Shown: piece after piece, positions 1-10,200 of the stretch | How positions within the stretch are numbered: the stretch's first letter is position 1 | How the letters are laid out: each line of letters starts with the position of its first letter | Virus record (IMG/VR): IMGVR_UViG_3300027782_000036 | Length of the DNA stretch: 64,000 nt | Reading direction: 5' to 3' (one strand) | Origin: a virus | Notes under the pieces: model-generated | What the model was told of the DNA's origin: nothing | Seen by the model: the letters and a program-made list of their open reading frames with translations, nothing else | Databases searched by the model: none | Position numbers and translations under genes: made by a program

Positions 1-2301
1 GGTGTTGCTGGAAATCTATATGTAGGTGGTAATACAGTTATCACAGGCGACTTATCTGTAAATGGTAACTTATCTGTATTAGGTACGGTGACATCAGTTA
101 ATACTGTTAATCTATTAGTTCGTGATAATATTGTTACATTAGATTCGACCATACCTACAAACGTTCCAGCACCATCAATTGATTCTGGTATTGAAGTTAA
201 TCGTGGTCTCTATCAAAATACTCAGTTGGTTTGGTCTGAAGTTGCAACTGCATGGAGAATGTCTGATGGTAATACGTTTGCTTCTATTTCTTCAGCAAAC
301 TTAACTCAAGCGGCCTTCGGTCAATCTAACAATGCCTTTAACGTTGCTAATGCAGCCTTTACTCAGGCTAATAATTCATTTAATGTGGCCAATGCAATCT
401 TTACATTAGCTAATAATACCACAGGTGTTGATACAACCCAAAACACTAATATATCATCAGCACAATCTTATGCTAATGGTGCCTTTGTTACTGCTAACTC
501 AGCGGCCTCTTTTGCTAATGCAGCCTTTACACTTGCTAATAGTACCACAGGTGTTGATACAACACAGAATACAAACATTAGTTCTGCTCAGTCTTATGCT
601 AATGGTGCCTTTGTTACTGCTAACTCAGCGGCCTCTTTTGCTAACGGTGCATTTACAGCTGCTAACGTTTCTCAAGCAATCAACAATACGCAAAATACTA
701 ATATTAGTTCTGCTCAGTCTTATGCCAACTCAGCCTTCAATATTGCTAACTTGGCCTATTCACAAGCAAACATAGCCACACCAGCATTCGCTCAAGCTAA
801 CAATGCCTTTAACGTGGCTAATTTAGCTTACACCCAAGCAAATAATGCGGCTTCATTTGCTAACTCAGCCTTTACGTTAGCAAACAACACCACTGGTGTA
901 GATACTACTCAAAATACAAACATTAGTTCAGCACAATCTTATGCTAACGGTGCTTTTGTAACTGCTAACTCAGCGGCTTCATTTGCTAATGCAGCCTTTA
1001 CATTAGCTAATAATACGACAGGCGTTGATACAACACAAAATACAAACATTAGTTCTGCTCAATCATTTGCTAACGGTGCCTTCACGGCAGCTAACGTTGC
1101 ATACGGTAGAATTCAAATTACTGCTAACACAGGTGATTTACTTGCAAATGGTGTAAATACTCCAATTACAGGTAACATATTATTAGGTTTAGCAACGACT
1201 GCTGTAACGGCAGCTTCATATGCTAATGCTAATACAATTTCAGTTTATACTGTTGACACAAAAGGTCGTTTAACATATTCAGCTAACGTTCCTGTATCAA
1301 TCTCAGCCGCTCAAGTTACATCAGGTAGTTTAGCGATAGCTCAAGGTGGTACTAATCAATCTGCATTTACGACTGGTCAAAGATTATTCTATAACGGCGC
1401 TGCTTTTGTTTCATTAGCTAACTCAGCATTAACTCAAGGTCAATACGCTAACGCTAACACAATGGCTGTGTTTACGACAAATGCTTATGGTGATATTACT
1501 GCTGTAACTAATACGGCATTAGTAATTACATCATCACAAATTAGTGATCTATCAGCAACTATAACTCCACCTTTTGCACAAGCTAATAATGCTTTCAACG
1601 TAGCTAACGCTGCCTTTACTCAAGCAAATAATTCATTCAATGTAGCTAACGTAGCCTTTACAGCCGCTAACGTTGCTTATGGTAGAATACAATTAACTGC
1701 AAATACTGGTGACTTATTAGCTAACGGTATTAATACTCCTGTTACAGGTAATATATTACTTGGTTTAGCAACGACTGCTGTGACTGCGGCTACATATGGT
1801 GGTACAACAGCCATACCTGTATTCACAGTTGATACAAAAGGTCGTTTAACATATGCAGCCAACGTAGCATCACCAGCAGTAACAATCACTGATGACACAA
1901 CGACTGACGCTACCCGATATCCATTGTTTGCAGCTGCAACATCAGGTACATTATCTACTGTATATACTGGTTCTTCGGACTTACAATATAACCCATCTAC
2001 TGGTACTTTGAGTGCGGTTATATTCACTTCACTATCCGATGAAAATCAAAAAACTAATATTAAACCAATTCAAAATGCCCTAAATATAGTGAAGAATATT
2101 AAAGGTGTTACATTTGACTGGAAAGAAAGTAATCTTCCTTCTGCCGGTCTATTAGCACAAGATGTTGAAAAATATCTACCAGAATTAATAGAAACATCTG
2201 ATGATAAAAAGACACTTAATTACAATGGCGTCATCGGTATTTTAGTGGAAGCAATCAAAGAACTTAACGAAAAAGTTAAACAATTAGAGAATAAAGAATA
2301 A
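1..2301 (+). CDS. Tail fibre protein with Ala/Asn heptad repeats and C-terminal intramolecular chaperone (peptidase S74-like) domain; 5'-truncated
   Basis: Frame is open from base 1 (GVAGNLYVGG...); ANxAF heptads; C-terminal SDENQKTNIKPI...GVTFDWK...GLLAQDV...LVEAIKEL motif. Confidence 0.8.
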   Translation, partial: GVAGNLYVGGNTVITGDLSVNGNLSVLGTVTSVNTVNLLVRDNIVTLDSTIPTNVPAPSIDSGIEVNRGLYQNTQLVWSEVATAWRMSDGNTFASISSANLTQAAFGQSNNAFNVANAAFTQANNSFNVANAIFTLANNTTGVDTTQNTNISSAQSYANGAFVTANSAASFANAAFTLANSTTGVDTTQNTNISSAQSYANGAFVTANSAASFANGAFTAANVSQAINNTQNTNISSAQSYANSAFNIANLAYSQANIATPAFAQANNAFNVANLAYTQANNAASFANSAFTLANNTTGVDTTQNTNISSAQSYANGAFVTANSAASFANAAFTLANNTTGVDTTQNTNISSAQSFANGAFTAANVAYGRIQITANTGDLLANGVNTPITGNILLGLATTAVTAASYANANTISVYTVDTKGRLTYSANVPVSISAAQVTSGSLAIAQGGTNQSAFTTGQRLFYNGAAFVSLANSALTQGQYANANTMAVFTTNAYGDITAVTNTALVITSSQISDLSATITPPFAQANNAFNVANAAFTQANNSFNVANVAFTAANVAYGRIQLTANTGDLLANGINTPVTGNILLGLATTAVTAATYGGTTAIPVFTVDTKGRLTYAANVASPAVTITDDTTTDATRYPLFAAATSGTLSTVYTGSSDLQYNPSTGTLSAVIFTSLSDENQKTNIKPIQNALNIVKNIKGVTFDWKESNLPSAGLLAQDVEKYLPELIETSDDKKTLNYNGVIGILVEAIKELNEKVKQLENKE
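406..1100 (+). repeat. Imperfect 126-bp (42-aa) repeats in the tail fibre (approximate bounds)
   Basis: LANNTTGVDTTQNTNISSAQSYANGAFVTANSAASFANAAFT recurs four times plus one degenerate copy. Confidence 0.85.
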
Positions 2302-4418
2302 TGCCAGCACCAGTCAAAACCGTATTTTTAACCACAATTGGACAGTATTCATATACTATACCTAGTGACTTTAAATCATTAGTATCTGTTGAGGCTATAG
2401 GTGGTGGTGGTGCTGGTGCGGTAAATGCTCAAGCTGGTGGTGGTGGAGGCGGTGGTGCTTATGCCAAATCAACCACGATGTCATTAACTGCAAATCAAAC
2501 CTGTTTTGTTAGAGTGGGTGTTGCATTGTCTTCATGGTTTAACCCAACAGCAAATGCGTCTCCAACATTAAACTTATCAAGTGGCACTTCGGGAGTATTA
2601 GCTGCAGCAGGAGGGACCGGCACCACAGGTAACTCAGGTGCTGGTGGAGCTGGCGGTACAGTTGCAAATTCTACCGGTGACCTTAGATATGCGGGCGGAA
2701 ACGGTGGAACCGGTGGACCCGGCCCCTCTTCATACGGTGGTGCAGGTGGTGGAGCTGCTGGACCTGGTGGCATTGGAGGCAATGGTGGTAACGCAGTTCT
2801 TACATCTCCAAGTAGCCGAAATGGTGGTGGAGGATCAGGTGCAACATTAACTGTCGCAGGAACAAATGGTGTTAGTGGAACAAGTGGTGTAACTGGTGCT
2901 GGTGGTGCTTCGGCAGGTCAAACATCTGGTACAGCAGGCGATCCAGGTGGCCCCGGATCAAATGGTGGTGGCGGTGGTGGTGGATTGCTTAATGGTGGTG
3001 GTAGAGGTGGTGATGGTACATATTGGACATCTTTAACGGGTGCAACAGCCGGATCTGGCGGAGGTGCGGGTGGTAGCACTGCACTTGGTGGACTTTACGG
3101 AGGCGGTGATTCCGCTACAAATACCGCAAGTTCTGGTACCCAAGGCATCATCGTATTCACATATTATGCTAGAGTTGGTTCAGGCTTCGAAAAACCCGAT
3201 GATGTATTCGGCACAATAGACTTAGACGATCAATACGTCACAGACCAGTGGTTGGTTGACAAGTATGTCGGTGGCACATTGTTTGCGTGGGGAGTTGGTA
3301 CAGGGGGTGCATTAGGACTTGGCAATATTGCATATTACTCTTCACCTATTCAAGTGGGTTCTTTAGCTTCATGGAGTTACGTAAGTGCATCGTCATTTCA
3401 AAGTGGTGGTTTTACAAATTATTCAACGGCGATAAAAAACGATGGCACATTATGGTCTTGGGGTGTAAACGGATCTGGTCAATTAGGTGTTGGTAACACA
3501 ACAAGCTATTCATCACCTGTTCAAGTGGGTGCATTAACTAACTGGAAACAAACATCTACTGGTATTTTATATTGTTTAGCTATTAAAACTGATGGCACAT
3601 TATGGGCATGGGGATCAAATTCTGCCGGTCAATTAGGTAATAACAATATAACCAGTTATTCATCACCAATTCAAATAGGTGCATTAAACAATTGGAAACA
3701 AGTGTCAGCGAATAAAGGTTCTCCGGCTGTTGAACAATCAAGTGCTGCAGTAAAATTAGATGGCACTTTATGGGTTTGGGGTAGTAATAAAAATGGAGCA
3801 TTAGGAACTGCTGGTGTTAATAATTACTATTCTTCACCAATTCAAGTTGGTGCATTAAACAATTGGAAACAAGTATCTTCAGCATTTTTTCCAGGAACAA
3901 CTTCTTCTGGATGGATGGCATCCGTTAAAACAGATGGCACTTTATGGACATGGGGATATAATGCTTTTGGACAATTAGGTAATGGTAATAGAACATATTA
4001 TTCATCACCAATTCAAATAGGTGCATTAAACAATTGGAAACAAGTATACGCTGGTGGTCAACATTGTTTAGCCATTAAAACTGATGGCACATTATGGGCA
4101 TGGGGATCAAATTCTACCGGTCAATTAGGCAATGGCACTGTAACAAGTTATTCATCACCAATTCAAATAGGTACATTAACTAATTGGAAACAAGTATCTA
4201 CCAACTATGATGGAGTTACAGCTTCAACTTTAGCCATTAAAACTGATGGCACTTTATGGGCATGGGGCGGTAATGCTCTTGGCCAATTAGGTCAAAATTA
4301 TTCTGCAACAACATCTTATTATTCTTCACCAATTCAAGTTGGTTCTTTGACTAATTGGAAGTATGTTTCATTTGGTGGAAACCATGTATTAGGAATCACC
4401 TTTACGGATTTAAACTAG
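2301..4418 (+). CDS. Gly-rich domain plus RCC1/BLIP-II-like beta-propeller protein (putative virion/receptor-binding)
   Basis: ~50-aa repeats DGTLWAWGxNxxGQLG...YSSPIQIGALNNWKQV; N-terminal VEAIGGGGAG Gly-rich module. Confidence 0.8.
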   Translation: MPAPVKTVFLTTIGQYSYTIPSDFKSLVSVEAIGGGGAGAVNAQAGGGGGGGAYAKSTTMSLTANQTCFVRVGVALSSWFNPTANASPTLNLSSGTSGVLAAAGGTGTTGNSGAGGAGGTVANSTGDLRYAGGNGGTGGPGPSSYGGAGGGAAGPGGIGGNGGNAVLTSPSSRNGGGGSGATLTVAGTNGVSGTSGVTGAGGASAGQTSGTAGDPGGPGSNGGGGGGGLLNGGGRGGDGTYWTSLTGATAGSGGGAGGSTALGGLYGGGDSATNTASSGTQGIIVFTYYARVGSGFEKPDDVFGTIDLDDQYVTDQWLVDKYVGGTLFAWGVGTGGALGLGNIAYYSSPIQVGSLASWSYVSASSFQSGGFTNYSTAIKNDGTLWSWGVNGSGQLGVGNTTSYSSPVQVGALTNWKQTSTGILYCLAIKTDGTLWAWGSNSAGQLGNNNITSYSSPIQIGALNNWKQVSANKGSPAVEQSSAAVKLDGTLWVWGSNKNGALGTAGVNNYYSSPIQVGALNNWKQVSSAFFPGTTSSGWMASVKTDGTLWTWGYNAFGQLGNGNRTYYSSPIQIGALNNWKQVYAGGQHCLAIKTDGTLWAWGSNSTGQLGNGTVTSYSSPIQIGTLTNWKQVSTNYDGVTASTLAIKTDGTLWAWGGNALGQLGQNYSATTSYYSSPIQVGSLTNWKYVSFGGNHVLGITFTDLN

Positions 4419-4449
4419 ATATATAATAAAAAAACTTAGGAAATAAAAT

Positions 4450-5091
4450 ATGAAATACTTACTCGTTCAAAACAAAACAACTGTTCTTTTAGGACCTATT
4501 GAATGGCGTCCTAGATTTATTCAGTCAGAACTTAATGATCTGTTTGATGCTGGTGAAAAAGCAACGGCTTACACTATCTCACCCACAGAAACAGGTTACA
4601 TAGACTGTAATGATGGATTTGAAATATTTCCTATCGCATCATCAGAAGGTTCTGCTCATGATCCAATCTATGAACAACTTGCTGGTCCATTCTACACATA
4701 CGATAACAATGTAGCTTCAGAAGTTTACAATGTTCTCGATAGAGACATCTCTCATGTTAAAGAATCACTCAAACAAGTGGCAAAGTTAGAAAGACAACGT
4801 AAACAACTATTAGGAACTACCCTAAATATTGGTGGAACTGATGTGACATTAGCGACTGATGCTGATGAGTTGGCAAACTTTGTTTCTTTACTTGCTTCGA
4901 TTGGTGTAGATTCAGTTAATTGGAAATTCAAAGAAGGATTTATCACGTTGACTAAAGCAAATGTTCAAAGTATCGTTGATGCAATTCGTTCACACATTCA
5001 AACTCAATTTGATTGGGAAAAAACAATTGGTGAAACAATTGAAACTGCAACAGAATTATCTTCATTAAAATCTCTTACTATTACTGAGTAA
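4450..5091 (+). CDS. DUF4376-like tail fibre-associated protein
   Basis: C-terminal VNWKF...HIQTQFDWE pattern; located between fibre genes. Confidence 0.55.
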   Translation: MKYLLVQNKTTVLLGPIEWRPRFIQSELNDLFDAGEKATAYTISPTETGYIDCNDGFEIFPIASSEGSAHDPIYEQLAGPFYTYDNNVASEVYNVLDRDISHVKESLKQVAKLERQRKQLLGTTLNIGGTDVTLATDADELANFVSLLASIGVDSVNWKFKEGFITLTKANVQSIVDAIRSHIQTQFDWEKTIGETIETATELSSLKSLTITE

Positions 5092-5094
5092 TCA

Positions 5095-7203
5095 ATGGCA
5101 CAAAAAGTCGTCTTTATAACCACAATTGGTGCCGGTACATTCACGGTACCTGTTGATTTCGCATCACTAGTATCCGTCGAGGCTATTGGTGGTGGCGGAG
5201 GTGGTGGAAGTTCTACATCAAATGGTGGTGGTGGTGGAGGTGCATATGCAAAATCTACATCAGTTACAAGTTTAGTTGCGGGTGGTACAGCATATTATTC
5301 AGTAGGAATATTCGGCGTTGGTGGTAGTACCGGTACCGCAGGAGGCGATTCATGGTTCAATGCAGCCTCTAACGCTGCACCAACATTAAATACACAAGGT
5401 TGTTTAGCCAAAGGTGGCGGTGGTGGTGGCAATTCTGGAGGTTCTGGTGGTGCGTCAGCATCATGTATACCTATTACAGGAGCATTCTCTGGAGGAACTG
5501 GAGGCAATCCTGGAGGTACTTCAGCCGGTGGTGGCGGTGGTGCTGCAGGTCCAGGTGGTATCGGCGGTAATGGTAGCGCAGCTTTTGGAACCGGTCAAGG
5601 TAAAGGTGGCGGTGGCGGTGGTGCTTCATTATTAGCTGCAGGAAATAATGCTGGAACTGCTACATCGACAAACGGAGGTTCAGGTGGTAATGGTGGCAGT
5701 GGCACCGGTGGCGGTACTGCTGGTACTAATGCAATTAATGCTACTAGTGGCACTGCGGGAACTGGCGGTGGTGGTGGTGGTGGAGGCACATTTGGTGGTG
5801 ATGGCGGCGCAGGTGGCACAGGAAGTTATTGGACACAATCTTCTAATTCAGCAACAGCAGGTTCTGGTGGAGGTGGTGGTGGAGGCAATGGTGTTGGTGG
5901 ATTGTATGGTGGTGGCGGTTCAGGCAGTGGCACTAATGGCGCTCAAGGCATCATCGTATTCACATATAATGTTTCAGCAACTGGTCAAGGCAATATACCA
6001 TACCAACCAGGAACAGGATTTAGAACGACAGACCCTAATACAAATAATACACAAGATTTAGGTTCACGATATATCACAAAGGATTATTTACTCGATGTTT
6101 ATCCTAACATAGCATCAAGCACAGGTAACAGAACGGCACCAGGATTGTGGGGTTGGGGAGTTAATGATACAGGTCAATTAGGTAATGGTAACACTACATA
6201 TTATTCATCACCTGTTCAAGTTGGTTCATTAACTAATTGGAAGCAAGTAAGCAGTAATCAAAATACAGGCCAAGTTGCAGCAATCAAGACAGATGGTACA
6301 CTATGGACATGGGGGGTTGGGTTTGCTGGTGCATTAGGACTTAGTAATACTGTCTCTTATTCATCTCCTGTTCAAGTAGGGGCATTGACAAACTGGAAAC
6401 AAGTAGAAATGGGGGTTTATACTTGCATAGCTATTAAGACTGATGGTACGTTATGGGGATGGGGACGTAATTCTGCGTTTGGGCAAGTAGGTAATAATTC
6501 TTTAATAGATATATCATCACCTGTTCAAATTGGAGCATTGACAAATTGGAAACAAGTATCCACTACTAATAGTTATGCTGTTGCAGCAATCAAGACAGAT
6601 GGTACACTATGGACCTGGGGATATAATCTCAATGGACAATTAGGTGTTGGTAATATCACAAACTATTCAAGTCCGGTACAAGTAGGAACATTAACAACAT
6701 GGAAACAAGTAGTTTGTAAATCTGCAACATACGCTATAAAAACAGATGGTACATTATGGGCGTGGGGAGATAATTCAAGTGGACAGTTAGGTATTGGAAA
6801 TAGAACATCATATTCATCACCGGTTCAAGTTGGTTCATTGACAAATTGGAAACAACTTTATCCTGGAAGTTCATCTAATAGTATACATGCTATAAAAACA
6901 GATGGTACATTATGGGCATGGGGAGATAATAGTCTCGGTATACTCGGTATAAATAATACTAGAAACTATTCATCACCTGTTCAAGTAGGGGCATTAACTA
7001 ACTGGAAAGCAGTTGCTACAGGATCAGGTTATGCAACATTAGCACTAAAGACTGATGGAACTTTATGGGGTTGGGGAAATAATTCATATGGTCAAATAGG
7101 TTTAAATAACACAGCATATTTCTCATCACCAGTTCAAGTAGGGACATTAACTACGTGGAAAGCAGTATCAGGATCAATCGCAATTCAAGACGGATACATA
7201 TAA
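5095..7203 (+). CDS. Gly-rich domain plus RCC1/BLIP-II-like beta-propeller protein, paralog 2
   Basis: Same architecture and repeats as 2301..4418. Confidence 0.8.
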   Translation: MAQKVVFITTIGAGTFTVPVDFASLVSVEAIGGGGGGGSSTSNGGGGGGAYAKSTSVTSLVAGGTAYYSVGIFGVGGSTGTAGGDSWFNAASNAAPTLNTQGCLAKGGGGGGNSGGSGGASASCIPITGAFSGGTGGNPGGTSAGGGGGAAGPGGIGGNGSAAFGTGQGKGGGGGGASLLAAGNNAGTATSTNGGSGGNGGSGTGGGTAGTNAINATSGTAGTGGGGGGGGTFGGDGGAGGTGSYWTQSSNSATAGSGGGGGGGNGVGGLYGGGGSGSGTNGAQGIIVFTYNVSATGQGNIPYQPGTGFRTTDPNTNNTQDLGSRYITKDYLLDVYPNIASSTGNRTAPGLWGWGVNDTGQLGNGNTTYYSSPVQVGSLTNWKQVSSNQNTGQVAAIKTDGTLWTWGVGFAGALGLSNTVSYSSPVQVGALTNWKQVEMGVYTCIAIKTDGTLWGWGRNSAFGQVGNNSLIDISSPVQIGALTNWKQVSTTNSYAVAAIKTDGTLWTWGYNLNGQLGVGNITNYSSPVQVGTLTTWKQVVCKSATYAIKTDGTLWAWGDNSSGQLGIGNRTSYSSPVQVGSLTNWKQLYPGSSSNSIHAIKTDGTLWAWGDNSLGILGINNTRNYSSPVQVGALTNWKAVATGSGYATLALKTDGTLWGWGNNSYGQIGLNNTAYFSSPVQVGTLTTWKAVSGSIAIQDGYI

Positions 7204-7258
7204 ACTATGGCATATTTGAGACGCTGTTGCAATAAAAACACTAGCATAAGGAAAATAA

Positions 7259-10200
7259 ATGGCAACAATTAATAGAACCGTTGCATTTACATCAGGTACT
7301 AGCAGCTGGCAAGTTCCTACGGATTTTGTAAGTTTAGTTTCTATAGAGGCTATTGGTGCTGGTGGTGGATCTTCTACCGTAAATACTGGTAATGGTGGTG
7401 CTGGTGGTGGTGCTTATGCTAAAACAATTTCAGTCACAGGCTTTACAGTTGGTGCAACTCTTAATTATCAAGTAGGTGTTGGTGGTAGTGGAGCAATTGC
7501 CGCTACTGATACATGGGCTAACATAGCTTCAGCGGCCGCTCCTACATTAACAACTCAAGGTGTTTTAGCTAAAGCTGGTGGAAATTCAACCGGAGCATCT
7601 ATTACTCCTGGCGCCGGTGGATTAGCATCTGCCTCTGTAGGTACAACCAAATTTGATGGTGGTACAGGAGGAGCTGGATTTTCAACTGCAAATAACTCTG
7701 CTGCTGGTGGCGGCGGTGGTGCAGCAGGACCTAGTGGAGCTGGTGCAACTGGTGGTGCAGGTTCAGCAGCTGGCAACAGTGCAACTGGCGGCGGTGGTGG
7801 TGGTGCAAATGGAGGTACCGCTGGTACTGCCGGTGGTAGTGGTGGCGCTGGTGGATCTCCTGGTGGTGGAGCTGGTAATGCTGGAAATAGTAGTGCTGGT
7901 ACTACATCAACCATTTATACTATAGATGGAGTTGCATATGGTCCTGGTGGTGGCGGTGGTGGTGCCGGAACTAATGTTATAGGTATAAAAGGCACTGGAG
8001 GTGCTGGTGGTTCATATGGCGGTGGCGCTGGTGGAGGATCAGCTAACGTTTCAGGTGGCGGTGGTCTTATTTTAATTACTTATGTTTCAACTGTTGATCG
8101 TTACTGGGTAGGTGGTGCTGGAACTTGGTCTAGCACTAGTAGAACTAACTGGTCAGTTTCATCTGGAGGAGCATCCGGTGCTTTAGCTCCAACTAGTGAT
8201 GATGTTGTTTATTTTAATGGAAGTTCTGGATCGGGAACAGTTACATTAACAGGTGCCTTATATTGTAAAGGTTTAGTTACTACTGGATCATCGTTTACAT
8301 TTAGCAGCACAGGTACTATAGGTATTTATGGAAACCTAACTCTTTCAGCAACTACTGTATGGAGTGCTACAGGAGCCGTAACAATTGCTGGCACAGGTAC
8401 AATTTCTACAAACAGTATTTCTATGGCATCTCCTTTAACTATTGATGGTGTTGGAATTACAGCAACATTAGGTAGTAATTTTGTCACTACAGGAGCACTT
8501 ACTTTAACTAATGGTACTTTAAATGGAAGCACATTTAATGTATCCGCAAGCACATTCGCTTCTAGTAACAGCAATACTAGAACACTTACTATGGGTTCTG
8601 GCACATGGACATTATCTGGTACAGGCACTGTATGGAATACTGGTACTACAACAGGGCTTACATTTAGTTCTGGAACCACAAATATTATTTTGTCTGATAC
8701 TTCTACTACTGCAAGAACCTTTACACCTGGCTCCGGACAAACGTTTAATGAATTAACTATAGGTGGAACTACAGGAATATCCACTACAACTATTAGCGCT
8801 GGATGCACAATTACAACATTATCAAGCACTAAAACTGTAGCACACACTATTGTTATTACTGCTGGAACTACACTTACTTGCCCAAATTTTAATATTGATG
8901 GTACTTCTGGAAACATCTTTACTTTAAAATCGTCAAGCGCTTCAATAGCAACTTTATCTTCTGCAAACTCATTTACAACAAATTACACATATGTAACAAA
9001 CATAACACTATCTTCAGCAAACGGAACAGTTTCTTATGGACAACTTATTAGTTCAACTGGATGGCTTAATAATAATACTAGTTCAGTTCTAATTGTATTG
9101 TCTTCAGGCACTAGTTATTCTATTCCATCGAATTGGAATAATTCCAACAACACTATTCATCTTTTTGGTGGTGGTGGTGGCGGTGGTGGTGGTGCTACTT
9201 CTGGCACTGGCGCTGGCGGTGGCGGTGGTGGTGGAGGGTATACAAAAATTACTAATTTTGTATCGTCACCTTCAACGAGCATCACTTATGCAATAGGAGC
9301 GGCAGGTTCCGCAGGTTCTGGTACCGGTTCTGGCACTGCGGGTGGTACTGGTGGAACAACATCATGGAACTCTGGGGCATCTACAGCAGGTGGTGGTGGC
9401 GGAGGAGCTAGGGGTGGTACTGGCACTGGAGGCACTGCAGGTGTAGGCACTACATTTAACGGTGGAGCTGGCGGTTCAGGCCGATCAGGTGGAGGATCTA
9501 ACTACGGAGGTGGCGGCGGTGGTGCTGGCGGACCTCTAGGCGCTGGTGGTTCTGGTGGTAATGGCGTTGCAAGTCCAGGTTCTGGTGGTGGTAACGGAGG
9601 CGGTACTGCTGGTGGTACAGGAGCTACTGGTGGTAATAATGCACAAGGTTCTGGCGGTGGTGCTCTTTCTAGTGGTTCTGGATCTAATGGTGGCGGTGGT
9701 GGTCCAGCTAATGCCGGCTCAGGTGGAGGTGGTACCGGTGGAGATGGTATTGATATCTTAGATTATATTGGTGGCGGTGGCGGCGGTGGAGGTGGAGGCG
9801 GAGCCGCAGGTGGTGATGGTGGATCATACGGCGGTGGAGGCGGTGGAGGACCTAATTCTATTTTAGGTGGTGCTGCTGGAGGTGCTGGTAAAAGCGGTAT
9901 TATTATTATTAATTATTTTGCATTTGGCGCTGCCGATGCGTTTTCGGTTTCACCTTCTTCAGGTGCCATTGGAACTGTGGTTACAATATCTGGATCTTCA
10001 TTTAATTCAACATCAAGTGTAACTTTTGGTGGAGTATCAGCATCTTTTATAATTGTAGATGATTTTACAATTATCGCTACTGCACCTACACACAGTCTTG
10101 GTTCAAAAACAGTAGCAGTTACAAACTCGGCAGGTTCAGGAACAACATCTTCATTTACTTATCGAACACCAGGTAATTCAGGTTACAAATTCCCTATATT

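Noticed and set aside
7207-7272. Short ORF MAYLRRCCNK... between RCC1 genes
   Set aside because: No RBS and no supporting feature
2495-9761. Pro-rich minus-strand and Val-rich alternate-frame ORFs
   Set aside because: Shadows of GGT/GGC Gly codon runs in the fibre genes
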